Counted from the stretch's first letter, positions 30,356-40,837 are shown. The stretch is 64,000 nt of DNA from an uncultured virus (IMG/VR IMGVR_UViG_3300030294_000026) (IMGVR_UViG_3300030294_000026:1-64000); one strand, 5' to 3'. Program-made: numbers and translations. The notes: generated by a model not told the origin, from the letters alone.

Positions 30356-30967
30356 ATGGTGAAAGTTATGGGAGAAATATATCAACCAATAAACCGTCTT
30401 TTAGAAGAAATGAAATTAAGTGATTACTTACATAAAAATATAATATACCTCGATACAGAAGTAGATAGAGATAGTCAAGTAATGTTTTGTAGACAATTAA
30501 CAAAATTAGCAGAACAAGAATTAAGTAAACCTGAAAAAGAAAGACAACCTATAAAAATAAGAATTTCAAGTTTTGGTGGTTGGGTTGTAAGTTTTATGGC
30601 TTTGGCAAGTATAATGTTGCATTATCAAGAAAAGGGAATAATCATAGAAACTTACTGTGATGGGTTTTGTATGTCAGCAGGAGCTTATCTTTTAATGTTA
30701 GGGACAAAAGGACATAGATATGCTACTAGATTTTCAGATATATTAATTCACCAAACTCAGTTTTCATGTGGTGGACATCAAACTTATAGAGAAAAAGAAA
30801 AGAGTTTTGAATACGATAAAAGAGATTGGAAAATGTTATGTGATTTAATGAGAGACTATACCGAATTATCAGAAGAAGATATTGAAGGATTAACAAAATA
30901 TAACTTAGATATATCATTTAGTAGTATAGAAGCATTAGAACATGGAATAATTGATAAAATAATATAA
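30356..30967 (+). CDS. clpP: ClpP-family protease subunit
   Basis: ISSFGG, CMSAG (Ser), LIHQ (His), EALEHGIIDKI. Confidence 0.85.
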   Translation: MVKVMGEIYQPINRLLEEMKLSDYLHKNIIYLDTEVDRDSQVMFCRQLTKLAEQELSKPEKERQPIKIRISSFGGWVVSFMALASIMLHYQEKGIIIETYCDGFCMSAGAYLLMLGTKGHRYATRFSDILIHQTQFSCGGHQTYREKEKSFEYDKRDWKMLCDLMRDYTELSEEDIEGLTKYNLDISFSSIEALEHGIIDKII

Positions 30968-30985
30968 GGATTATGGTGAGAGAAT

Positions 30986-31369
30986 ATGTGTAAAGAAGAA
31001 TTAAATCAAATTGAAGATATTGAAGATGAAATTAACGAAGAAATGACATTAGATGATATGTCTAAAGACCAGTTAATTAATGTTATTGAACAATTAATGA
31101 GTTCAAAAGAAGTTGATATTAATACTGAAAATGTACAAGAGTTAGAATTAAATCCACAAGAATTCCAAGCTGGAATAGACTCAATATCATTTTTAGTAGG
31201 TCAATATTCAGCTTTAAAGAGTGTTGGTATTGATTCTACAAGTGCAATTGATGTTATTCTTAATGAAAGAAATATTGAGTATAATCTTGAACTTAATAGA
31301 ATGACTTGTGATAATAATAAAGAAATTGCTAAAACTCAACAAACAATTACCGAGCAAAACCAACCATAA
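30986..31369 (+). CDS. Acidic hypothetical protein
   Basis: 127 aa ORF in operon. Confidence 0.7.
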   Translation: MCKEELNQIEDIEDEINEEMTLDDMSKDQLINVIEQLMSSKEVDINTENVQELELNPQEFQAGIDSISFLVGQYSALKSVGIDSTSAIDVILNERNIEYNLELNRMTCDNNKEIAKTQQTITEQNQP

Positions 31370-31383
31370 GTGAGGTAACATAT

Positions 31384-31572
31384 ATGGCTAAATATGATGA
31401 TGTTCATGAAAACATTGGTGAAATATTTGTATCAGAATTATTTTCTAGTATCGATAATGAAAATATAATAAGTGATGAATTATTTAAAAGAAAATTGGTA
31501 AACAAATTTATTGAAGCAATTAATGAATTACAAGAAGCAATGGATTCTATAAATTCATTAAAAACCAAATGA
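31384..31572 (+). CDS. Hypothetical protein
   Basis: GAGGT RBS, 62 aa. Confidence 0.65.
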   Translation: MAKYDDVHENIGEIFVSELFSSIDNENIISDELFKRKLVNKFIEAINELQEAMDSINSLKTK

Positions 31573-31663
31573 TAAATTAATGTACAAATCAATATAAAAG
31601 TAATGTTTTATTGACTGTTAAAGATTAGAAATAAATTACAAAACACAAGGAGGAAAATAAAAA

Positions 31664-32022
31664 ATGAAATTAGCAAATGGAATTCAATTTAATGATGGTA
31701 CGAATTTAGAAGAATTTAAAGCACAAGTAGATTTACTTTCGGGTGCATCTGTTGAAGGTTCTAGCAATACAGATACGTCTTATGTAGATAATAAAGTAAG
31801 GAGGTTAAAGCTGAAATTACTGATGCTTTAGGAAAAGAAATAGCTGATTTATCTGCAAAGGTAAGTGGTATAGTAGTTCCTGATGTTAGTGGACTTGCTA
31901 AAGCAGAAGATGTAGATAGTAAGATTGCTACAGTTGTGGCTAGTTTGAATCAATTGATTACTGATTTACAAGCTGGAAAATATAATAGCATTGCTACAGA
32001 TGTTAGTGCTACAACAGTATAA
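31664..32022 (+). pseudogene. Frameshifted ~119-aa protein (1-nt deficit near 31798)
   Basis: AAGGAGG RBS, MKLANGIQF..VDNKV then EVKAEITDALGK..SATTV* in -1 frame; 359 nt; terminator follows. Confidence 0.7.
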
Positions 32023-32137
32023 TAATAAGATTATATGGATTAGATGACTAGGTGAATTTTGCCTAGTCTTTTAATTAAATTTTATTGTTTAGTAATGTTT
32101 ATCTATATTGGTAAGCAATTAAAATAATAAAAGGAGT

Positions 32138-32758
32138 TTGATAAAAATGAGTGAGATGAGAGTTTATCAAGAAAAAATGTTAAATAGTAAAAAGGAAATT
32201 GTAGTATGTAATTGGGAACGTGGAGAAGGTAAAACTTATTCTATATTTAGAAAAATTATGGAGAATAAAAATGGTAAGTATTTATATATTTCACCTTTTG
32301 AACCGAGAGCATTGCAAGATTATTTTAGAGAGTATGTTTATGAAGAAAATATTTTGATTAAATTGCACAAATGTTCTAGAGATAAAATTAGTATAGAATT
32401 TAACAATGGAGATATATTGGAAGTATTTTGTTATAAACCTAATAATGAACCAAGAGCATTGAGAAATATTAGCATTACATTTTTTGATGAGTATTATCCT
32501 AGTAAAGAATATATAGATAGTATAGTTAAACCTAAAGATGTTATACAAATATTTATAATGATGAGTAATAATACTATTGAATACATAGATAGTAGAACAA
32601 ATAAAATTACTCGTAGTAATTTCTGTGATATTCAAATAGAAGAATTAATGATTGAATATGCTGAAACACCTAAGAATAAAAATACAACTTTATCAAGAGA
32701 AAATATATTAAAACAAATTAATGTATTACAAAATATGAGGTGTGGCAACAAGGAGTAG
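32138..32758 (+). CDS. Truncated terminase-like P-loop ATPase
   Basis: YQEKM, WERGEGKT Walker A, RALR..FFDE Walker B; no nuclease domain. Confidence 0.65.
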   Translation: MIKMSEMRVYQEKMLNSKKEIVVCNWERGEGKTYSIFRKIMENKNGKYLYISPFEPRALQDYFREYVYEENILIKLHKCSRDKISIEFNNGDILEVFCYKPNNEPRALRNISITFFDEYYPSKEYIDSIVKPKDVIQIFIMMSNNTIEYIDSRTNKITRSNFCDIQIEELMIEYAETPKNKNTTLSRENILKQINVLQNMRCGNKE

Positions 32759-33027
32759 ATTTATACTCTACGAGGTTGTCATGCTAACGCATGATTTATT
32801 GTTGCGTAATCAGAGATTACTTACAATATAAATTGATTTTAAATGTGAATGAATTTGACTAGATGATTTAGTTTATCTAGTCTCTTTTATTATTTTTGTA
32901 GTGCTTATTTTTTATAGGAATGGGTAGTTATAAATAATAAATAAATTAAAAATAATATTGTTGTAAATTAGTATTCTATATGGTAATATTATCTTAAGAA
33001 TACTTAAATAAATTATATAGGAGGAAT

Positions 33028-33324
33028 TTGAATATGGAAAAGGTAAATTATAAATATAGTCAATCAGAAATGGTGGCTTACCTACTGCTCAATGGTTATA
33101 CATATAATAATGTTGAGGTAAAAGAAAATAAAAGATATAAAGGTGATTATAAAGTATTCTTTTATATTGAAGGCTATAAGAATGAATTAATTAAATTAGA
33201 ACAAGATTTCAAAAATAAAACCAATATATGTCTACAGGATTATATTAACAAACTATTGCAAGTGAAGAAAGTAATAGCTGATGCTATTAGAACTCAAAAT
33301 AATGCGAAGAACAAAGAAGAGTAA
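33028..33324 (+). CDS. Hypothetical protein
   Basis: AGGAGG RBS; MVAYLLLNG..KVFFY motif often seen before rep-like genes. Confidence 0.7.
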   Translation: MNMEKVNYKYSQSEMVAYLLLNGYTYNNVEVKENKRYKGDYKVFFYIEGYKNELIKLEQDFKNKTNICLQDYINKLLQVKKVIADAIRTQNNAKNKEE

Positions 33325-33463
33325 GTTTGTAAAGTGTTGATATAACTAATGTTGAACAAATTAAATATGATTGTTAAATATGAAAGACTGAACTACATGC
33401 AGTATTAACTGTTGTGACGTTCAGTCTTTTGTTATGTGTAAAAATAAATTTTAAGGAGGCATT

Positions 33464-34132
33464 ATGAAGATGCAAAATAATAATATAGGTGAATTGATAA
33501 GAGATTTTATAATTGAAGAAGATAGTAAGTTTTTAGAAATACAAGGTGGAAGTTTTATTCAGTCTGAAAATGGTGAATTTATAACAAAATCAGAACATGA
33601 TAAGATAATACAAACTAAATTAGAAAAGTATAAAACAGAAATGTTTGCTACTGCTAATTACGTGTCTAATACTGAATTTGGTATAGGGAACGAGCAAAGT
33701 TTAACTAAGAAAAAAGTTAAAAAGAAAAAGAGTGGTAAAGCAAGAGAAAATTTTGATAATGGTGAATTCAATATAGTTTATAGAAATAAAATTGAGGGAG
33801 TGATGAACATGAAATTAAATACAAATGAAAAGTTGGTATTTTACATAATGAGAGATTTCATTCAGCATCCTACTAATTGTATTGTAATTAATGATCACAT
33901 ACCTACTATCAAAGAATTAGAACCAATTATAGGATTAACTGAAAGAAGTATAATTACTGCTTTGAAATCTTTAGAAGATAAAAATATGTTAAAAAGAGTT
34001 CAATATGGTCATAAGAAATCTATTTATATAAATCCAGAATATTATACATCAGGCAAGGAACTTGATTTAGATAGTTTAAAGTTATTCGGATTAGTGAAAA
34101 TTGATAATGAAAAAGTTGAAAGTTATTTATAA
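33464..34132 (+). CDS. RepL-like winged-helix protein
   Basis: TIKELEPIIGLTERSIITALKSLEDKNML..IYINPEY. Confidence 0.7.
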   Translation: MKMQNNNIGELIRDFIIEEDSKFLEIQGGSFIQSENGEFITKSEHDKIIQTKLEKYKTEMFATANYVSNTEFGIGNEQSLTKKKVKKKKSGKARENFDNGEFNIVYRNKIEGVMNMKLNTNEKLVFYIMRDFIQHPTNCIVINDHIPTIKELEPIIGLTERSIITALKSLEDKNMLKRVQYGHKKSIYINPEYYTSGKELDLDSLKLFGLVKIDNEKVESYL

Positions 34133-34183
34133 AATAAATTAAAAATAAATAAGCTATGTGATATTAGCAATTCAAGGAGGAAT

Positions 34184-35395
34184 TTGATTATGTTATTAAG
34201 TAAAAAAGTAGAAGTAAATTGGACGAACTATAATAGAAAATGGTATGAGAGTAAGGGATATATATTTACTAGAAAAGAAGATGTATTTGAGGTAAAAGTT
34301 GAAGATTTAACATTAAGTTCGCAAGCATTAGTACGTGCGAAATGTGATTATTGTGATGAAATATATGAAACAACATATCAAAAATATAACAACAATAGAG
34401 ATAGATGTATAGTTAAAAAAGACGCTTGTAAGAAGCATAAATATGAGAAGCTTAAAGAAGCTAATATGATTAAGTATGGAGTAGAGAATGTAAAACAATT
34501 AGAATCTTCTAAAGAAAAGGCTAGACAAACTCAATTAGATAGATATGGTGCTACAAATGTTATGAAATTAGATAAATACAAAGATAAATTAAAAGATACT
34601 ATGATATCAAAATATGGTGTAGAGAATCCAATGTATGTAAATGAATTTAAGGATAAAATCAAAGAAACTAATTTAGAACGTTATGGAACTGAATGCAGTA
34701 TGAATAATGAAGAGATACGGAGTAAAATAATACAAAATAATGTTGAAAAATACGGAGTAGAATACTATAGTCAAACAGATGAATGTAAAGATAAGGTTAA
34801 ACAAACTAGTTTAGATAAGTTTGGAAAAGAATATTATATGCAGACAGACGAATGGAAAGATAAAATAATAGAAACTTGCAATGATAAATATGGAGTAGAT
34901 AATATATCTCAGACTCAAGATGTTAAAAATAAAAAATCAGAATCATTTTATAAAAATGGAACAGTTAAAACATCTAATCAACAAAGATATTTGTGGAAAT
35001 TACTAGGTGGAGAATTAAACTATAGCAATGAAACTCCTAGTTTAGATATTGCTTTTCCTAATGAAAAAATTTATTTAGAGTTTAATGGATCAGGGCATGA
35101 TTTATGTGTAAAAATGGGAAATATGACTCAATCACAACATGATAATAGAGAACGTGCAAGATATTATTATATGAAAAAGCGAGGTTGGAAAGGTATATTT
35201 ATAAATTCATCTAGAGATTATTTGCCTACTGATGAAATAATATTAGACGAAATTAATAAAGCTAAAGAATGGTTTAGCATAGAAGGTAAAAATCATAGTC
35301 ACTATAATATTGATATTGGGATATTAATAAATGATGAAATGTATGGAAAGTTAAGAAAAATAAAAGAAAAAGACTTAGAAGTTGCTAATTTTTAG
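34184..35395 (+). CDS. Homing-endonuclease-like protein with KYGVEN repeats
   Basis: CDYC Zn motif, about 7 (K/R)YG repeats, LDIAF..IYLEFNGSGH nuclease core. Confidence 0.75.
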   Translation: MIMLLSKKVEVNWTNYNRKWYESKGYIFTRKEDVFEVKVEDLTLSSQALVRAKCDYCDEIYETTYQKYNNNRDRCIVKKDACKKHKYEKLKEANMIKYGVENVKQLESSKEKARQTQLDRYGATNVMKLDKYKDKLKDTMISKYGVENPMYVNEFKDKIKETNLERYGTECSMNNEEIRSKIIQNNVEKYGVEYYSQTDECKDKVKQTSLDKFGKEYYMQTDEWKDKIIETCNDKYGVDNISQTQDVKNKKSESFYKNGTVKTSNQQRYLWKLLGGELNYSNETPSLDIAFPNEKIYLEFNGSGHDLCVKMGNMTQSQHDNRERARYYYMKKRGWKGIFINSSRDYLPTDEIILDEINKAKEWFSIEGKNHSHYNIDIGILINDEMYGKLRKIKEKDLEVANF

Positions 35396-35439
35396 TAGCT
35401 TCTTTTTGTATGTAGAAATATAAAGGAAGTGAAAATAAA

Positions 35440-35781
35440 ATGAGTTTTAAACCAGTAATAGGTATATTTATATCCAATGAAAAAGAATTAGAGAATTTAT
35501 TAGATAGTTATCCATATAAAGACGAGGTTGCAAAAACTAATAGAATTTCTTTTAATGTTAGAATTATGGAATTTGAACATTATGATTTAAAAATATTTTA
35601 TAGTGTGAATCAAAGTGCAAGAGGTTATAGATTTAGCAATGTTATAGTATCACAATCTATAATGAAAAGTATTGAAAATAGTAGTAATAATAATGATGAT
35701 TATATAGGAATGTTATATAACTTTATAAATCCGTATAATTATTTTGGTGCAAATATTAATGTTGTTGATTTGAGTTGGTAA
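35440..35781 (+). CDS. Hypothetical protein, possible degenerate terminase-ATPase fragment
   Basis: QSARGYRFSNVIV segment. Confidence 0.6.
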   Translation: MSFKPVIGIFISNEKELENLLDSYPYKDEVAKTNRISFNVRIMEFEHYDLKIFYSVNQSARGYRFSNVIVSQSIMKSIENSSNNNDDYIGMLYNFINPYNYFGANINVVDLSW

Positions 35782-36074
35782 AGGAGACTTTAATGAAATA
35801 TAATCCTAAAATAATAGCCCTATATAAAGAAGATAATGAATTAAATAATGTTCTCATATCAAGATTATTACAATATGAAAATATCGAAGTTAAAACTATA
35901 AAGATAAATAAAAAATCAGATTATTATAATTTACATGGTACTAGAATAGATGGACTTTATATATCTAGTAAATTATATGGAGTAATTTTAGAAGATGATA
36001 TTTTAGATGTATTAGAGCCAATGCTAAACGTAAGTATATTTAATTCAAGGATTATATGGTTTAGTGAAGAGTAA
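35775..36074 (+). CDS. Hypothetical protein, possible degenerate terminase-ATPase fragment
   Basis: NLHGTRIDGLYI..ILDVLEPML; start likely ATG 35793. Confidence 0.6.
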   Translation: MVKETLMKYNPKIIALYKEDNELNNVLISRLLQYENIEVKTIKINKKSDYYNLHGTRIDGLYISSKLYGVILEDDILDVLEPMLNVSIFNSRIIWFSEE

Positions 36075-36104
36075 TAAAAACAAAATAAAGGAGGTGTATT
36101 AATC

Positions 36105-37145
36105 GTGGCAAAAAAAGCACAAGGTAATACAGAGATGACAGATAGAGAACTAATATATTGTACAGGTTGTGACCACGATAAGAAACCTAGTGAATTCTAT
36201 AAAAGTTATGGCACAACTAAATCTGGCACACTACCATACTGTAAACAATGTTGTATAAATATGAGTTTAAATAATATTGGAAGTTTAGATGTTGATAATT
36301 TTAAAAATATGTTATCTAAGGTAGATAGACCATTTCTATATCAAACATTAGCCGATAATTTAAAAAAATATCCTAACAAAATAGAATCTGCTATAGGTTT
36401 TTATTTTAAGGATTTAGGCATGGTTCAAAATAGAGGATCTAAGTATAAAGATAGTATTTTTGAACCTAGTAATATTAATGAAAATTCAGCAAGTAGTATT
36501 ATTACTTCAAAAAAAGCAAAATATGAAATAGAAGATATGACATATGAACAATTAGAAGATAAATATGGTGTGGGATATACAGATGAAGAATACTATTGTT
36601 TTGAGAAAAAATGGAGAAAACTTGCAGATAGTTATGGTCAAAAAACATCAATACATACAGAATCGTTGACTACATATATAAGATTCAGAGTCAAAGAAGA
36701 GTTAGCAACAGCAAAAGGTGATGTAGCAGAAGCTACTAAATGGGGAGGATTAGCTGAAAAAGCTCAACAGTCTGGAAAGCTAAATGTATCTCAATTAAGT
36801 AAATCGGACATAAGTGGCGGAGTTGATCTACTGCCTCAATTATTTGAAGCAGTAGAAGATAAAGTTGGCATAATTCCAATTCTTCCTAAATTAAAAGAAC
36901 AACCATATGACGATGCTGATTTGATAATATGGTCAATTATAGAATATATGCAAAGATTAGAGGATAAACCAAGAACACAATATAAAGATATATGGAATTT
37001 TTATGATGAAATGCTTGTAGATTTTTACAAGCAAAAAGGTTTTTCTGATGAAAAAATACAAGAAGAAAGAAATAAAAGAAATGCTGTATTTAGAGATTTA
37101 ACAGACGTATATAAAGAACCATTATATGAAGATGGTGATATATAA
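36105..37145 (+). CDS. Putative terminase small subunit (YonG-like) with N-terminal Zn finger
   Basis: CTGC..FYKS..CKQC; KYGVGYTDEEY; coupled to terL. Confidence 0.7.
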   Translation: MAKKAQGNTEMTDRELIYCTGCDHDKKPSEFYKSYGTTKSGTLPYCKQCCINMSLNNIGSLDVDNFKNMLSKVDRPFLYQTLADNLKKYPNKIESAIGFYFKDLGMVQNRGSKYKDSIFEPSNINENSASSIITSKKAKYEIEDMTYEQLEDKYGVGYTDEEYYCFEKKWRKLADSYGQKTSIHTESLTTYIRFRVKEELATAKGDVAEATKWGGLAEKAQQSGKLNVSQLSKSDISGGVDLLPQLFEAVEDKVGIIPILPKLKEQPYDDADLIIWSIIEYMQRLEDKPRTQYKDIWNFYDEMLVDFYKQKGFSDEKIQEERNKRNAVFRDLTDVYKEPLYEDGDI

Positions 37146-38917
37146 TGGGTACTTATGAAAACTTCAAAGATAATGATAAATATTCAGAGAGCAGAACGGA
37201 TATATATAATCCATCTTTTGAATCACCAGTTAAGCCTTCTGATGAAAATGGAAATATTGTAGATAGGCATATTGAAGAATTTACTGAATTATGTTCATTT
37301 TTAAGATTTTATCCTGATATATTTTGGGATATGTATAAGCCCGAAAGGGGAGGATTGACATTTGACCTACATCAAAGAGTAATGCTAAGAGCTTTATCTA
37401 GATTTGGAGAAAATTATTTCTGTGCTCCTAGAGGAATATCTAAAACTTTAGTACATGTTATGGCACAATATCATACTTGTTGTTGTTTTCCTAATATAAC
37501 TACTTCACTAACTGCCTCAACTAAAGAGTCGGCAGTAAAAATATGGAGAGATAAGCATGATGAAATATTAAGATTCTATCCTGCTTTTGCTGATAATATA
37601 AGAAAAGCAAATTTTAGTAAAGATTATGGAATGGTTGAATTTGTTAATGGTTCAATAATTGATAGTTTGGCTAACTCCCAACAATCTAAAGGATTGAGGC
37701 GAAGAAGGGGTGGATTGGAAGAATCGGCATTAATAGACAAAGAAACCTACGATGATGCAATTGAGCCTATTTTCAATATAAGTAGACCTACTATGACAGG
37801 AGCAATTGATCCAGAAGAATTAAATGGGCAAATAAACAGATATACAACGTCTGGATATAAGAACAGCGATGAGTATGACCAAATATTAAAAGTTTTACAT
37901 GGTATGATTAATTTAGATGGTTCTTTTGTTTTTGGTTCAGATTGGAGAATTCCTATTCATTTTGGAAGACAAAAAATGTCTACAATTATTAAAGCAAGGG
38001 ATAGAAACGTAATTAGATTCAGACAAAATTATCTGTGTGATTGGATAGGTGTAAGTGATGGTGGATTAATTAATATATCAAAACTTATAAAGGCAAGAAC
38101 ACTAGATAAAAATGATATGGAATTTGAATGTACTAAAGATAAAAAAGGAAATTTTGAATTAAATGAATATGTTATCTCTATGGACGTAGCTAGAAGTGAA
38201 AGTGAGAATAATAATAAAACTGCTATAATTATTTTAAAAGTAATTAGAAATAAGAACGGTAAGATAAGACAAGTTAGAGTAGTAAATATAATAACTCCTC
38301 CTAATGGATTTAATTTTAGTGAACAAACTGCAATAGTTAAGAGATTATTTTATAAATATGGTGGAAGTTTAGATGAAACTAAAAGTCGAGTAAAAGCAAT
38401 AATTGTCGATGCAAACGGAGTTGGAAGTGCATGTGTAGATTGTTTTTTAGAAGAGCAAACTGATAATGAAACCAATGAAGAATTAGGGTGTTTTGCAACA
38501 ATAAATACAGACCAAAAGCCACAAACTGCTGATGCTCCAAAAATGATATATGCTTTAAAGGCTCAATCTTGCAATAAAGAAATGATAGTAAATTTTATAA
38601 ATTATGTTGAATCCTCAAGGCTTAAATTAATTAAAAAAATAGACAATGATGATTTAGCAGACATAGATACAAGTATTTCGAATGATGGAAAAGTTATAAT
38701 AGAACAACAATCTAAACAAGTACAAAAACTAATAGATGAGGTTTCAAATTTAAAATTAAAAACAACAGAAAAAACAACTACGGTAATACAAGTGGTTAAA
38801 AAAATAGATAAAGATAGATATAGTTCTTTAATAATGGGATTATATTATATAAATACCTTTATGGATGTAATTGAAGATGATGATGACGATGAAGACCGTC
38901 AATACGTATTCTATTAG
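37145..38917 (+). CDS. terL: Terminase large subunit
   Basis: APRGISKT Walker A, GLRRRRGGLEES, YTTSG, SMDVARS, IVDANGVG, KDRYSS. Confidence 0.92.
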   Translation: MGTYENFKDNDKYSESRTDIYNPSFESPVKPSDENGNIVDRHIEEFTELCSFLRFYPDIFWDMYKPERGGLTFDLHQRVMLRALSRFGENYFCAPRGISKTLVHVMAQYHTCCCFPNITTSLTASTKESAVKIWRDKHDEILRFYPAFADNIRKANFSKDYGMVEFVNGSIIDSLANSQQSKGLRRRRGGLEESALIDKETYDDAIEPIFNISRPTMTGAIDPEELNGQINRYTTSGYKNSDEYDQILKVLHGMINLDGSFVFGSDWRIPIHFGRQKMSTIIKARDRNVIRFRQNYLCDWIGVSDGGLINISKLIKARTLDKNDMEFECTKDKKGNFELNEYVISMDVARSESENNNKTAIIILKVIRNKNGKIRQVRVVNIITPPNGFNFSEQTAIVKRLFYKYGGSLDETKSRVKAIIVDANGVGSACVDCFLEEQTDNETNEELGCFATINTDQKPQTADAPKMIYALKAQSCNKEMIVNFINYVESSRLKLIKKIDNDDLADIDTSISNDGKVIIEQQSKQVQKLIDEVSNLKLKTTEKTTTVIQVVKKIDKDRYSSLIMGLYYINTFMDVIEDDDDDEDRQYVFY

Positions 38918-38945
38918 GATAAATAAAATAAAAGGAGGTGTAAAC

Positions 38946-40571
38946 TTGGCGAACACAAACTCTACAGAAACTAAAAAATCAACCAATGCAGGTAGACCAA
39001 TAGGTAGTAAAAACACTTTTACAAAAAAGCAAGTATCCGATATGCAACTAAGGATAGATGAATTAGAAAAACAACATAATTCTTATAATGATGTTGTAGA
39101 TAGTTTCGTAGATGGATTTGTGTTAGAAATGACACAAAATATAAAAACAATAGATATGGAAACTTTGCAAAGATGGTTTAGTAATCCAGATGATTATATG
39201 AAACAAATAAATAATTTACTTACATACTATTATATTATTGATGGAAATATATCTCAACTTTATGATTTAATATTTTCACTACCAGAACTAAATTTTAAGA
39301 TAAAAACTTATAAAAGATTAGGTAGTTATGAAAATGACATATTAGCTATAAAAATTGCCTTAGAAAGAAATGTTAAACATAAAATATTAACTAGAGAATT
39401 ACTTGTTCAATTAGCTAACAATGGTTCTGTTGTTGGCACATGGCTAGGTAATAAAAAAGAACCTTATTTTAATGTATTTGATGATTTAGAGTATATTTAT
39501 CCGTATGGAAACTATAAAGGGAAAATGGTAGGAGTGTTTGATTTATCATATATTGATACATTAACAAATGAACAGAAGAAAGCCTTATATAATAATTTAA
39601 CCCCCTTAGTAACAGAAAATATGTATAAAAAATGGAAGAATGAAAACAATGCTGATAAGAAAAAAGAATTACAGTTAATTGTATTACCTCCAGATAGGTC
39701 ATTAGTTGCTAGAACTAGAGTATTATCACATAATCAAAGATTAGGATTGCCAATGGGAACTCAAGCAATTTTTGATTTACAACATAAACAAAAGATGAAA
39801 GATTTAGAACGTTCTATGGCTGACAAGATTATAAGAGCTATAGCCGTAGTAAAAATGAGAGATAAAGATGACAATGATGTTAAAGTAAAAGAATCGGTGC
39901 AAAGAAAAGTATTTGATAAAATAAAGAAAGCATTAGAGAAAAATACAAGTGGGAAGAATGGATTAACTTGTATATCAATGCCATCTTTTGCTGACTTTTC
40001 ATATCCTGAGTTTAAAGGTGCTGATGATATATTAGATTCTGGTAAGTATGACAGTGTAAATAATGATATTACTACTGGTACAAGCATATCCTCAACATTA
40101 GCAAATGGAACAGGGGGCAATTACGCTAGTGCAAATCTAAATCTTGATATGATTTATCAAAAAATAGGTACAATGTTAGAACAAATTGAAGAAATATATA
40201 ATCAATTAATTGTTATCATACTAGGACAAAATAAAGGTTCTAATTATTATTTTGAATATGATAAACAAAAGGCACTTACAAAAAAAGAAAAATTAGATAT
40301 TTATAAAGGTCTATCCGATAAAGGGTTCAGTATTAGACCGATGATTGAATTGATTGGTGGAGATTTTGAAGCATTTATAAATGAAAGTATATATGAAATA
40401 GATGATTTAAAATTAAGAGAAAAAATTATCCCACAATTAACATCATTTACGGCTTCAGATACAGATTCAGATCAAATAGGAAGACCTACTAATGAAGCTG
40501 ATACAAATACTAGCACAATCCAAACAAAAGAAACTGATGGAAATTCAAATCCGAAACCTAGCACAACATAA
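38946..40571 (+). CDS. Portal protein (YonE-like)
   Basis: AAGGAGGTG RBS before TTG 38946; follows terL; GNYASANLN; GRP tail. Confidence 0.8.
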   Translation: MANTNSTETKKSTNAGRPIGSKNTFTKKQVSDMQLRIDELEKQHNSYNDVVDSFVDGFVLEMTQNIKTIDMETLQRWFSNPDDYMKQINNLLTYYYIIDGNISQLYDLIFSLPELNFKIKTYKRLGSYENDILAIKIALERNVKHKILTRELLVQLANNGSVVGTWLGNKKEPYFNVFDDLEYIYPYGNYKGKMVGVFDLSYIDTLTNEQKKALYNNLTPLVTENMYKKWKNENNADKKKELQLIVLPPDRSLVARTRVLSHNQRLGLPMGTQAIFDLQHKQKMKDLERSMADKIIRAIAVVKMRDKDDNDVKVKESVQRKVFDKIKKALEKNTSGKNGLTCISMPSFADFSYPEFKGADDILDSGKYDSVNNDITTGTSISSTLANGTGGNYASANLNLDMIYQKIGTMLEQIEEIYNQLIVIILGQNKGSNYYFEYDKQKALTKKEKLDIYKGLSDKGFSIRPMIELIGGDFEAFINESIYEIDDLKLREKIIPQLTSFTASDTDSDQIGRPTNEADTNTSTIQTKETDGNSNPKPSTT

Positions 40572-40576
40572 AGTAG

Positions 40577-40762
40577 GTGATAAATATGAAGATACTAGTA
40601 GTTAAAAAAGAAGGATTGATTACTATTAGTTCTAATGGTAAGAAATTGTTTATTGATGAAAATAGTAAATTATACGATAAATTAAAAGAATTATCAAAAG
40701 ATGATATTAAGATTTGGTATGAAACTAATAGATTTAATAATTTATTAGACTTAAATAATTAA
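40577..40762 (+). CDS. Hypothetical protein
   Basis: AGGTG RBS, ~58-61 aa. Confidence 0.6.
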   Translation: MINMKILVVKKEGLITISSNGKKLFIDENSKLYDKLKELSKDDIKIWYETNRFNNLLDLNN

Positions 40763-40837
40763 ATATTGAATTAATTTAATTATTTATTGTATGTATTTCA
40801 ATATTTAATAGATTATACATTGAAAGGTGGTGATAAA

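Noticed and set aside
34470..34920. Periodic TATGG/TACGG DNA repeats
   Set aside because: Protein-level KYGVEN repeats of the endonuclease, not a DNA element
38871..38945. Upstream start of portal ORF (MKMMMTMK)
   Set aside because: Overlaps terL; strong RBS points to TTG 38946
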